This document shows positions 22,601 to 33,934 of a stretch of DNA of 64,000 bases, piece after piece. The position numbers and the translations under genes were made by a program. Within the stretch, counting starts at the first letter, position 1, and every line of letters begins with the position of its first letter. Under the pieces are notes generated by a model. It saw only the letters and a program-made list of their open reading frames with translations. It was not told where the DNA came from and did not search any database. The DNA is taken from positions 168,826,001-168,890,000 of the forward strand of contig NW_027362773.1 of NCBI RefSeq assembly GCF_046119375.1, written 5' to 3'. The DNA comes from Phyllobates terribilis. Taxonomy: Eukaryota.

Positions 22601-25187
22601 ACTGCCCCGTCACACCTGTAAGAAGCTGTGCGGCCCCCCGGGACTGGGGTGTCAGTCTCTACTGCCCCGTCACACCTGTAAGAAGCTGTGCGGCCCCCCG
22701 GGACTGGGGTGTCAGTCTCTACTGCCCCGTCACACCTGTAAGAAGCTGTGCGGCCCCCCGGGACTGGGGTGTCAGTCTCTACTGCCCTGTCACACCTGTA
22801 AGAAGCTGCGCGGCCCCCCGGGACTGGGGTGTCAGTCTCTACTGCCCTGTCACACCTGCAGGAAGCTGTGCGGCCCCCCGGGACTGGGGTGTCAGTCTCT
22901 ACTGCCCCGTCACGCCTGCAGGAAGCTGTGCGGCCCCCCGGGACTGGGGTGTCAGTCTGTACTGCCCCGTCACACCTGTAAGAAGCTGTGCGGCCCCCCC
23001 GGGACTGGGGTGTCAGTCTCTACTGCCCCGTCACACCTGTAAGAAGCTGTGCGGCCCCCCGGGACTGGGGTGTCAGTCTGTACTGCCCCGTCACACCTGT
23101 AAGAAGCTGTGCGGCCCCCTGGGACTGGGGTGTCAGTCTGTACTGCCCCATCACCCCTGTAAGAAGCTGCTATGCAGCCCCCCAGGACTGGGGTGTCAGT
23201 CTGTACTGGCCCGTCACACCTGTAAGAAGCTGTGCGGCCCCCCGGGACTGGGGTGTCAGTCTGTACTGCCCCGTCACACCTGTAAGAAGCTGTGCGGCCC
23301 CCTGGGACTGGGGTGTCAGTCTCTACTGCCCTGTCACACCTGTAAGAAGCTGTGCGGCCCCCCGGGACTGGGGTGTCAGTCTCTACTGCCCCATCACCCC
23401 TGTAAGAAGCCGTGCGGCCCCCCGGGACTGGGGTGTCAGTCTGTACTGCCTGTCACACCTGTAAGAAGCTGTGCGGACCCCGGGACTGGGGTGTCAGTCT
23501 GTACTGCCCCGTCACACCTGTAAGAAGCCGTGCGGCCCCCCGGGACTGGGTTGTCAGTCTCTACTGCCCCGTCACACCTGTAAGAAGCTGTGCGGCCCCC
23601 CGGGACTGGGGTGTCAGTCTCTACTGCCCCGTCACACCTGTAAGAAGCTGTGCGGCCCCCCGGGACTAGGGTGTCAGTCTCTACTGCCCCGTCACACCTG
23701 TAAGAAGCTGTGCGGCCCCCCGGGACTGGGGTGTCAGTCTCTACTGCCCTGTCACACCTGTAAGAAGCTGTGCGGCCCCCCGGGACTGGGGTGTCAGTCT
23801 CTACTGCCCTGTCACACCTGCAGGAAGCTGTGCGGCCCCCCGGGACTGGGGTGTCAGTCTGTACTGCCCCGTCACACCTGTAAGAAGCTGTGCGGCCCCC
23901 CCAGGACTGGGGTGTCAGTCTCTACTGCCCCGTCACACCTGTAAGAAGCTGTGCGGCCCCCCGGGACTGGGGTGTCAGTCTGTACTGCCCCGTCACACCT
24001 GTAAGAAGCTGTGCGGCCCCCCGGGACTGGGGTGTCAGTCTGTACTGCCTGTCACACCTGTAAGAAGCTGTGCGGCCCCCTGGGACTGGGGTGTCAGTCT
24101 CTACTGCCCTGTCACACCTGTAAGAAGCTGTGCGGCCCCCCGGGACTGGGGTGTCAGTCTGTACTGGCCCGTCACACCTGTAAGAAGCTGTGCGGCCCCC
24201 CCGGGACTGGGGTGTCAGTCTCTACTGCCCCGTCACACCTGTAAGAAGCCGTGCGGCCCCCTGGGACTGGGGTGTCAGTCTCTACTGCCTGTCACACCTG
24301 TAAGAAGCTGTGCGGCCCCCCGGGACTGGGGTGTCAGTCTGTACTGCCCCGTCACACCTGTAAGAAGCTGTGCGGCCCCCGGGGACTGGGGTGTCAGTCT
24401 CTACTGCCCCGTCACACCTGTAAGAAGCTGTGCGGCCCCCTGGGACTGGGGTGTCAGTCTGTACTGCCCCGTCACACCTGTAAGAAGCTGTGCGGCCCCC
24501 CGGGACTGGGGTGTCAGTCTGTACTGCCTGTCACACCTGTAAGAAGCTGTGCGGCCCCCCGGGACTGGGGTGTCAGTCTGTACTGCCCCGTCACACCTGT
24601 AAGAAGCTGTGCGGCCCCCGGGGACTGGGGTGTCAGTCTCTACTGCCCCATCACCCCTGTAAGAAACTGTGCAGCCCCCCGGGACTGGGGTGTCAGTCTG
24701 TACTGCCCCGTCACACCTGTAAGAAGCTGTGCGGCCCCCGGGGACTGGGGTGTCAGTCTCTACTGCCCCATCACCCCTGTAAGAAACTGTGCAGCCCCCC
24801 GGGACTGGGGTGTCAGTCTGTACTGGCCCGTCACACCTGTAAGAAGCTGTGCGGCCCCCCCGGGACTGGGGTGTCAGTCTCTACTGCCCCGTCACACCTG
24901 TAAGAAGCTGTGCGGCCCCCTGGGACTGGGGTGTCAGTCTGTACTGCCCCGTCACACCTGTAAGAAGCTGTGCGGCCCCCTGGGACTGGGGTGTCAGTCT
25001 GTACTGCCTGTCACACCTGTAAGAAGCCGTGCGGCCCCCCGGGACTGGGGTGTCAGTCTGTACTGCCTGTCACACCTGTAAGAAGCTGTGCGGACCCCGG
25101 GACTGGGGTGTCAGTCTGTACTGCCCCGTCACACCTGTAAGAAGCCGTGCGGCCCCCCGGGACTGGGTTGTCAGTCTGTACTGGCCC
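13676..25187. repeat. 60-bp minisatellite, ~190 copies, with higher-order duplications
   Basis: Unit GTCACACCTGTAAGAAGCTGTGCGGCCCCCCGGGACTGGGGTGTCAGTCTCTACTGCCCC. Confidence 0.99.
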
Positions 25188-25483
25188 GGGATGCCGTCTC
25201 CCACATTCGGTGTCCTCTCCTCCGTAGTCATTGCTGAGCTCACACCCCAGTATCAGTCCTCGCCCTCCGCAGTCAGTGACGCTCCCATAGATTGTCTGGC
25301 ACTGTTAGTCCTGAGCTCAGCAGTAATGCTGCTGCGGATGTGTCCGGGCGCTGATCGCCTGCAGTCCTCGGCCGGCCGTGTCCCTGCTGTCACCTTCCCC
25401 GCCGGACATCGCTGCCCTCCACATGCCGCCCGAGGCCGCGCAGCGCCGGTGCCGTCGGCTTCATTCTTGTCTGTTTCTTTCAG

Positions 25484-26131
25484 GGAGCTTGTGGACATGG
25501 AGTGGCCGCCGTCACCGGAGAACGACCTCATCCATCCCTTCACCGACTGCGCAAAACCAGAAGAAGCCCAGGAACGGAGCGTCTGTGCGCAGCCGAGGAG
25601 AAGCTCCGCAGAGGAGGCTCCGCACAGAGACGCCGCGGACAAGGCGCAACGCCGCGATGCAAGTGAGAGAGGGGGTAAGGAGCGGAAGATGGGGGGCAAG
25701 CACCAAGGTCTGCTGGAGAAGGAGCGATCCCGAGACCCCAGCACCCGAGAGGACACCCGAGACCCCAGCACCCGAGAGGGCACCCGGCAGAGCACCCGAG
25801 AGAGCTACGTCGCCCACCAGAACACCCTCAATTCTAATGGAGGAAGGAGCACGACCTCCCTCCTGTCTAACGGCCGGCCCTCGGCGTTCACAGACTTCTC
25901 CAAGTCCTACAGACCCCAAGTGTCACAGACGCCTCAGCCCCAGATCATTGAGAGAAATGGGACCCTCCCCCCCTCCTTCCGGGTGAGCGCCGGACCCTAC
26001 GAGCAAAACGGAACCGACACCTACACAAGACGCTTTCCTGCAGCTGCAAATCCTGAGCAACAAGTGCAGAGGAAGAGTGTGATGGGCCAGGTGGAGCAGT
26101 GGGTAAAGGTCCAGAAGGGAGAGGGGAAAAG
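25484..26131 (+). CDS. PLEKHA7: PLEKHA7 large exon (ELVDMEW...QVEQWVKVQKGEGK)
   Basis: tttctttcag acceptor, AAG|gtaagc donor, 648 nt, phase 2/2; IERNGTLPP and QRKSVMGQVEQW motifs. Confidence 0.92.
25729..25805 (+). repeat. In-frame 27-bp coding repeat x~2.8 within the PLEKHA7 exon
   Basis: CCCGAGACCCCAGCACCCGAGAGGRCA at 25729 and 25756, partial copy at 25783. Confidence 0.85.
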
Positions 26132-26561
26132 GTAAGCCGATCCCTGTACACAGGGGGGGCTCAGTGCTCCTCCACACTTCTCACATAATCAGTGCAGTCC
26201 CCGCGCTGTGACCCCACCATGCGCTCCACCCACCACTGCCATAGGTGACATCAGTCACAGCCGCTTCTGTCCCCCCATACCCAGTGATCGTGGGGGGCTC
26301 CACGGCTGCACCCCAGAGATCACAACTTTTGACCAATCAGAACATCCCTGACACTACAGGATCACGTTCTACAGTCACCGCGAAAAGTGGGATTTATAGG
26401 ACAATGTCGCCACCTGCTGTTCACACTGCAACAGTGCAGATAGATTCATAGCTAGGTATGATCCTGAGGATGATCCAGAGGCTGTACCAGGCTCTAATGT
26501 CTGACAACTCCATCTACCACTGCTGACAACCCGCCTGCATACATGTGAGAGGTTGTCAGCC

Positions 26562-29500
26562 CCGCCCCCTGGTGATGACATCACTGATATAAGGACATGA
26601 AACCACGCCCATTATACTGCAGCCCAGCCCCCTGAAGATGACATCACTGATATGACATGAGGCCACACCCCTTATACTCCAGCCCCGCCCTGGTGATGAC
26701 AGCACTGATATAAGGACATGAAACCACTCCCATTATACTGCAGCCCAGCCCCCTGAAGATGACATCACTGATATAATGACATGAGACCACACCCCTTATA
26801 CTCCAGCCCTGCCCCCGGTGATGACATCACTGATATAATGACATGAGACCACACCCCTTTTACTCCAGCCCTGCCCCTGGTGATGACATCACTGATATGA
26901 CACGAGGCCACACCCCTTATACTCCAGCCCCGCCCCTGGTGATGACATCACTGATATAATGACATGAGACCACACCCCTTATACTCCAGCCCCGCCCCCT
27001 GGTGATGACATCACTGATATAATGACATGAGAACACACCCCTTATACTCCAGCCCCGCCCCTGGTGATGACACCACTGATATAATGACATGAGAACACAC
27101 CCCTTATACTCCAGCCCCGCCCCCTGGTGATGACATCACTGATATAATGACATGAGAACACACCCCTTATACTCCAGCCCCGACCCTGGTGATGACATCA
27201 CTGATATAATGACATGAGACCACACCCCTTATACTCCAGCCCCGCCCCCTGGTGATGACATCACTGATATAATGACCTGAGACCACACCCCTTATACTCC
27301 AGCCCCGACCCTGGTGATGACATCACTGATATAATGACATGAGACCACTCCCCTTATACTCCAGCCCCGCCCCTGGTGATGACATCACTGATATAATGAC
27401 ATGAGACCACACCCCTTATACTCCAGCCCTGCCCCTGGTGATGACATCACTGATATAAGGACATGAAACCACACCCCTTTTACTCCAGCCCTGCCCCTGG
27501 TGATGACATCACTGATATAATGACATGAGACCACACCCCTTATACTCCAGCCCCGCCCCCGGTGATGACATCACTGATATAATGACATGAGACCACACCC
27601 CTTTTACTCCAGCCCTGCCCCTGGTGATGACATCACTGATATGACACGAGGCCACACCCCTTATACTCCAGCCCCACCCCCTGGTGATGACATCACTGAT
27701 ATAATGACCTGAGACCACACCCCTTATACTCCAGCCCCGCCCCCGGTGATGACATCACTGATATAATAGCATGAGACCACACCCCTTTTACTCCAGCCCC
27801 GCCCCTGGTGATGACACCACTGATATAATGACACGAGGCCACACCCCTTATACTCCAGCCCCGACCCTGGTGATGACATCACTGATATAATAGCATGAGA
27901 CCACACCCCTTATACTCCAGCCCCGCCCCTGGTGATGACACCACTGATATAATGACATGAGGCCACACCCCTTATACTGCAGCCCCGCCCCTGGTGATGA
28001 CACCACTGATATAATGACACGAGGCCACACCCCTTATACTCCAGCCCCGCCCCCTGGTGATGACATCACTGATATAATGACCTGAGACCACACCCCTTAT
28101 ACTCCAGCCCCGCCCCTGGTGATGACATCACTGATATAATGACATGAGACCACACCCCTTATACGCCAGCCCTGCCCCTGGTGATGACATCACTGATATA
28201 ATGACATGAGGCCACACCCCTTGTACTCCAGCCCCGCCCCTGGTGATGACAGCACTGATATAATGACACGAGGCCACACCCCTTTTACTCCAGCCCCGCC
28301 CCTGGTGATGACACCACTGATATAATGACACGAGGCCACACCCCTTATACTCCAGCCCCGCCCCTGGTGATGACATCACTGATATAATGACCTGAGACCA
28401 CACCCCTTATACTCCAGCCCCGCCCCTGGTGATGACATCACTGATATAATGACATGAGACCACACCCCTTATACGCCAGCCCTGCCCCTGGTGATGACAT
28501 CACTGATATAATGACATGAGACCACACCCCTTATACTCCAGCCCCGCCCCTGGTGATGACATCACTGATATAATGACATGAGACCACACCCCTTATACTC
28601 CAGCCCCGCCCCTGGTGATGACATCACTGATATAATGTCATGAGGCCACACCCCTTATACTCCAGCCCCGCCCCTGGTGATGACACCACTGATATAATGT
28701 CATGAGGCCACACCCCTTATACTCCAGCCCCGCCCCTGGTGATGACACCACTGATATAATGACATGAGAACACACCCCTTATACTGCAGCCCCGCCCCTG
28801 GTGATGACATCACTGATATAATGTCATGAGATCACACCCCTTATACTGCAGCCCCGCCCCCGGTGATGACATCACTGATATAAGGACATGAGGCCACACC
28901 CCTTATACTCCAGCCCCGCCCCTGGTGATGATATCACTGATATAATGACATGAGGCCACACCCCTTATACTGCAGCCCCGCCCCTGGTGATGACATCACT
29001 GATATAATGACATGAGAACACACCCCTTATACTCCAGCCCCGCCCCCTGGTGATGACATCACTGATATAATGTCATGAGACCACACCCCTTATACTACAG
29101 CCCCGCCCCTGGTGATGACATCACTGATATAATGTCATGAGATCACACCCCTTATACTCCAGCCCCGCCCCCTGGTGATGACATCACTGATATAATGACC
29201 TGAGACCACACCCCTTATACTCCAGCGCCGCCCCCTGGTGATGACATCACTGATATAATGACATGAGACCACACCCCTTATACTCCAGCCCCGCCCCTGG
29301 TGATGACAGCACTGATATAATGACATGAGACCACACCCCTTATACCCCAGCCCCGCCCCCCGGTGATGACATCACTGATATAATGACATGAGACCACACC
29401 CCTTATACTCCAGCCCCGCCCCTGGTGATGACATCACTGATATAATGACATGAGACCACACCCCTTATACTCCAGCCCCGCCCCTGGTGATGACATCACT

Positions 29501-29917
29501 GATATAATGACCTGAGACCACACCCCTTATACTCCAGCCCCGCCCCTGGTGATGACATCACTGATATAATGACATGAGGCCACACCCCTTATACTCCAGC
29601 CCCGCCCCTGGTGATGACATCACTGATATAATGACATGAGACCACACCCCTTATACTCCAGCCCCGCCCCTGGTGATGACATCACTGATATAATGACATG
29701 AGGCCACACCCCTTATACTCCAGCCCCGCCCCTGGTGATGACATCACTGATATAATGACATGAGGCCACACCCCTTATACTCCAGCCCCGCCCCTGGTGA
29801 TGACATCACTGATATAATGACATGAGACCACACCCCTTATACTCCAGCCCCGCCCCTGGTGATGACATCACTGATATAATGACATGAGACCACACCCCTT
29901 ATACTCCAGCCCTGCCC
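26562..29917. repeat. 62-bp minisatellite, ~54 copies
   Basis: Unit CTGGTGATGACATCACTGATATAATGACATGAGACCACACCCCTTATACTCCAGCCCCGCCC. Confidence 0.99.
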
Positions 29918-29958
29918 CTTCCCCGGCATACTCACCCTGTTTCTTCTTTACCCGTCAG

Positions 29959-30442
29959 TGCCGGGGCGGAGCTCCCCCTCCCCCGCTCGGAGCGGTACCA
30001 GACGTTGCCTAAGACCAGCAGGCAGCACTCGGGCGCGTCGCCTCCTCCTGGACGAAACTTGCCAAGCGACTACAAATATGCCCAGGACCGGGTCAGCCAC
30101 CTGAAGATGTCCGATCAGGAGCGTCAGGCCACCAAGGAGGGCATGGTGTGGCAGCTGTACGAGTGGCAGCAGAGGCAGCAGTTCAAGCATGGCAGCCCGA
30201 CCGGACAGATCTACATGGGGCCCCTGGAGGAGCGATCCCGGGCCAAGAGCTTGTTGGACGTCCCGCGATCTGTGTCCGTCCCTCCTTCTCCCTCCGATAT
30301 CCCACCGCCGGCTCCTCCAAAGTTCTTTCCTCCGCGGAGACCCCACACTCCAGCGGACAGGCTCACGGTGCGGCCGGAGGAAGGTCCAGCCAATGTCCCC
30401 TTCATCGGGTCTCCTCAGAAGACGCGGGTCCATGGTGTAAAG
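29959..30442 (+). CDS. PLEKHA7: PLEKHA7 exon (YQTLPK...NLPSDYKYAQDR...RRPHTPADRLTV...HGVK)
   Basis: tttacccgtcag acceptor, AAG|gtaatg donor, 484 nt, phase 2/0. Confidence 0.95.
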
Positions 30443-30463
30443 GTAATGGCCGTCCGGTGTACT

Positions 30464-30511
30464 GGAGACCCCGCTGTGCGGAGACCCCGCTATGCGGAGA
30501 CCCCGCTGTGC
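30464..30511. repeat. 16-bp x3 repeat GGAGACCCCGCTRTGC in a 152-nt intron
   Basis: Three exact-period copies. Confidence 0.9.
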
Positions 30512-30594
30512 CTGCTCCCGGTGTGGGGGGAGATGTGCGGCACTGGTACTGCGGGTGGCGTCCTGATTCTCTCACTTGTCCTCCTTCCTTCCAG

Positions 30595-30681
30595 TCCTCG
30601 GCCCCTGCGGACCGCCGGTCCATGCCCTCCATGGGATACATGACGCACACTGTAAGTGCCCCCAGTTTACATGGCCAGTCG
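30595..30681 (+). CDS. PLEKHA7: PLEKHA7 exon (SSAPADRRSMPSMGYMTHTVSAPSLHGQS)
   Basis: ccttccttccag acceptor, TCG|gtaaga donor, 87 nt, phase 0/0. Confidence 0.95.
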
Positions 30682-31550
30682 GTAAGAACTTTTCCTCATC
30701 ATCTTATTTTGCCATTTTGTATTTTCTGCCTAAAACAAGAGATAAAAAGAACAATGTAAGATGTGATGGTGTCGCTTTCCCTCCTGTGCCCTGAGCGCCG
30801 CCGTCCTCCATTACCAAGAGCTCCGGGCCCGGACTGTGCCCCGCGGCCCCCCGGAGCCACGGCCCCGCGCTCCAGCAGATGTGGACTTGCCGTGCGCCAC
30901 CAACACCTGAAATTACACAATGGCCAAAATAACGCCACCAACAGTGACCCGCCGCCATTGCATGCCCACTCTGCAGCACACGCCAACTACATATGTCAGA
31001 CTACAACTCCTAGCATGTGCTGATGCCTGGCTGGGAGTTGTAGTGTCACAATCGCAGGACTGTAGATGACCGCTGCTTTTCTGGTCAGTCGGCAGCCGGC
31101 AGTGCTCATCCCACCCTTATCACTGGGTGCAGACGGCATCCATAGGGGCGACGCTGGTAACCCTCCAGACGGGCCGTCACCCCTCCCCCGGTGACGCATT
31201 GTGTCCTCACATGAAGCAGCGGCGCCGCTCGTCTCCTCATTGCTTTCCGTGCAGATGAATTCAGCGTCTGAGCTCCGCAGCGCTCTGCATCCAGCATCAT
31301 GTGCAGGCTCTGCAGTCAGGGGTAAAGTGCTCCGCCATATTGCCCGTGATGTGTCCGGACACTGGCGTTCTGCTGGCTCCGGATGGAGGCGTGCTGTCTG
31401 ACGGGGAACGTGCCGTCTGCTCTCTTGGCTTTGCTGACATTTTCTGTATTGACACAACCAGCTGCATGCCGCCATTACCGTGTGTGAACAGAGTACATGT
31501 GACTGACGCCTGCAGCAACTTACTGAGGGGTGAACAGTAATGATAATGGT

Positions 31551-32817
31551 GTGGACCTATAGGTGTGCGGGTTACTACCGGGGACCTGTAGGTGTGCGTG
31601 TTACTACCGGGGACCTGTAGGTGTGCGGGTTACTACCGGGGACCTGTAGGTGTGCGTGTTACTACCGGGGACCTGTAGGTGTGCGGGTTACTACCGGGGA
31701 CCTGTAGGTGTGCGGGCTACTACAGGGGACCTGTAGGTGTGCGGGTTACTACTGGGGACCTATAGGTGTGCGGGTTACTACCGGGGACCTGTAGGTGTGC
31801 GGTTTACTACCGGGGACCTGTAGGTGTGCGGGTTACTACCGGGGACCTGTAGGTGTGCGGGTTACTACCGGGGACCTGTAGGTGTGCGGTTTACTACCGG
31901 GGACCTGTAGGTGTGCGGGTTACTACCGGGGACCTGTAGGTGTGCGGGTTTACTACCGGGGACCTGTAGGTGTGCGGGTTACTACCGGGGACCTGTAGGT
32001 GTGCGGGTTACTACCGGGGACCTGTAGGTGTGCGGGTTGCTACCGGGGACCTGTAGGTGTGCGGGCTACTACGGGGGACCTGTAGGTGTGCGGGTTACTA
32101 CTGGGGACCTATAGGTGTGCGGGTTACTACCGGGGACCTATAGGTTTGCGGGTTACTACCGGGGACCTATAGGTGTGCGGGTTACTACCGGGGACCTGTA
32201 GGTGTGCGGTTTACTACCGGGGACCTGTAGGTGTGCGGGTTACTACCGGGGACCTATAGATGTGCGGGTTACTACCGGGGACCTAGAGGTGTGCGGGTTA
32301 CTACCGGGGACCTATAGGTGTGCGGGTTACTACCGGAGGGACCTGTAGATGTGCGGGTTACTACTGGGGACCTATAGGTGTGCGGGTTACTACTGGGGAT
32401 CTATAGGTGTGCGGGTTACTACTGGGGATCTATAGGTGTGCGGGGGTCATTACCGGGCATCTATAGGTGTGTGGGTTACTACTGGGGACCTATAGGTGTG
32501 CGGGTTACTACTGGGGACCTATAGGTGTGTGGGTTACTACTGGGGACCTATAGGTGTGCGGGTTATTACTGGGGACCTATAGGTGTGCGGGTTACTACTG
32601 GGGATCTATAGGTGTGCTGGTTACTACTGGGGACCTATAGGTGTGCGGGGGTCATTACCAGGGACCTATAGGTGTGCGGGGTCATTACCGGGGATCTATA
32701 GGTGTGTGGGGGTCATTACCGGGGATCTATAGGTGTGCGGGGTCATTACCGGGGATCTATAGGTGTGTGGGGGTCATTACCGGGGATCTATAGGTGTGCG
32801 GGGTCATTACCGGGGAC
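31551..32817. repeat. 29-bp minisatellite GGGGACCTRTAGGTGTGCGGGTTACTACC, ~43 copies
   Basis: Direct periodicity; the 3' part drifts to GGGGATCTATAG...GGGTCATTACC. Confidence 0.98.
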
Positions 32818-32885
32818 GTATATAGCAGCTGGCATTATATAGGGGCCGCGCTCCCCCCTCTAACCTCTGTCTCTTCTCTCTGGAG

Positions 32886-32939
32886 GCCGATGACACCTAT
32901 CTGCAGCTGAAGAAGGAGTTGGAGTACCTGGACCTCAAG
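32886..32939 (+). CDS. PLEKHA7: PLEKHA7 exon (ADDTYLQLKKELEYLDLK)
   Basis: Polypyrimidine tract then ggag acceptor, AAG|gtaaca donor, 54 nt, phase 0/0. Confidence 0.93.
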
Positions 32940-33120
32940 GTAACATCATCTTTTCCTGGTCGCCCGGTATGAAGGGTGAGGGTGGTAGTGGGGTGAAGTG
33001 TCAGGCCATCGGGGCCATCAGGTCCATGAGGACAGGATTTCGGCCTGTGGGTTTTCTGGCAGTGGCGCCTCCTGCTGGTGCCTGCGGGATTCACTCTGGC
33101 TCTTTTCTGATTTGGCGCAG

Positions 33121-33201
33121 ATAAAGTATAATGAGCCTCTGATCAACTTGGTTCACAGTGTTCTCCGGAACTCCACGCCGGGGTACCGCACGAGCATCAA
33201 C
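33121..33201 (+). CDS. PLEKHA7: PLEKHA7 probable cassette exon (IKYNEPLINLVHSVLRNSTPGYRTSIN)
   Basis: ggcgcag acceptor, AAC|gtaagc donor, 81 nt, symmetric phase 0/0; resembles the IKxNEPxI alternative exon recalled from PLEKHA5/6/7. Confidence 0.8.
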
Positions 33202-33546
33202 GTAAGCGCCTCCGCTCTGCTCTCATCTCATGGCTTCGCGCCTGCGGCAGGACTCACAATGCTGCTGCTTCATAGGTTTCTTTGTCATTGTTGGGTTTTG
33301 CTTGCTGATGCTTGTAGTCCGCCTGCTAATGGTTTGATTACAGCTCTGTGTGCAGCATGAAGATGCAACCGTGCTGCGCGGGCGCATGCGTCTCGTGTCT
33401 CCGCAGTCACTGGATGCGCTGCTGTTTTTTTTGTTTTTTTTTACTATTTCCCCTGTAAATTTCTAATAGTTTTCCCGCAAATTCAGCAGCGAAGAAACTG
33501 CATAAAGCGGAGTAGCCGCGGACCCCGTCACACACACACACTGGGA

Positions 33547-33736
33547 GTGAGCGCACCGCCCCCAGAAGTGCTGCCGGGGTGAGCGCACCGCCCCCAGAAG
33601 TGCTGCCGGGGTGAGCGCACCGCCCCCAGAAGTGCTTCCGGGGTGAGCGCACCGCCCCCAGAAGTGCTTCCGGGGTGAGCGCACCGCCCCCAGAAGTGCT
33701 GTCGGAGTGAGCGCACCGCCCCAAGAAGTGCTGCGA
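33547..33736. repeat. 32-bp repeat x~6 GTGAGCGCACCGCCCCCAGAAGTGCTKCCGGG
   Basis: Direct periodicity. Confidence 0.93.
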
Positions 33737-33934
33737 GTGAACGTAGCCTTTACGGCGAGCTGTCACAGGCGCCTGCTGTGTGATCTGCCGGCTGTGGTTC
33801 ATCAGCAGGAGATCAGCACTGAGGACCGTTGTTTTCTGCCAGGTTATCATCCATATTCATCTGTTCTGGGTAACCTGCACTGATGGCAGCTTTCTGCCTA
33901 TGCACAGCATACATACCTGTCAGTCAGTGGTGAG

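Noticed and set aside
13597-25187. Dozens of Cys-rich ORFs (HTCKKLCGPP), superficially zinc-finger or keratin-associated-like
   Set aside because: 60-bp intronic repeat with frequent 1-nt indels breaking the frames
26562-29917. Tandem box C/D snoRNA cluster (GTGATGA and CTGA in every unit)
   Set aside because: C and D motifs are only 5 nt apart in C-then-D order, leaving no guide region; no terminal stems or unique spacers between copies
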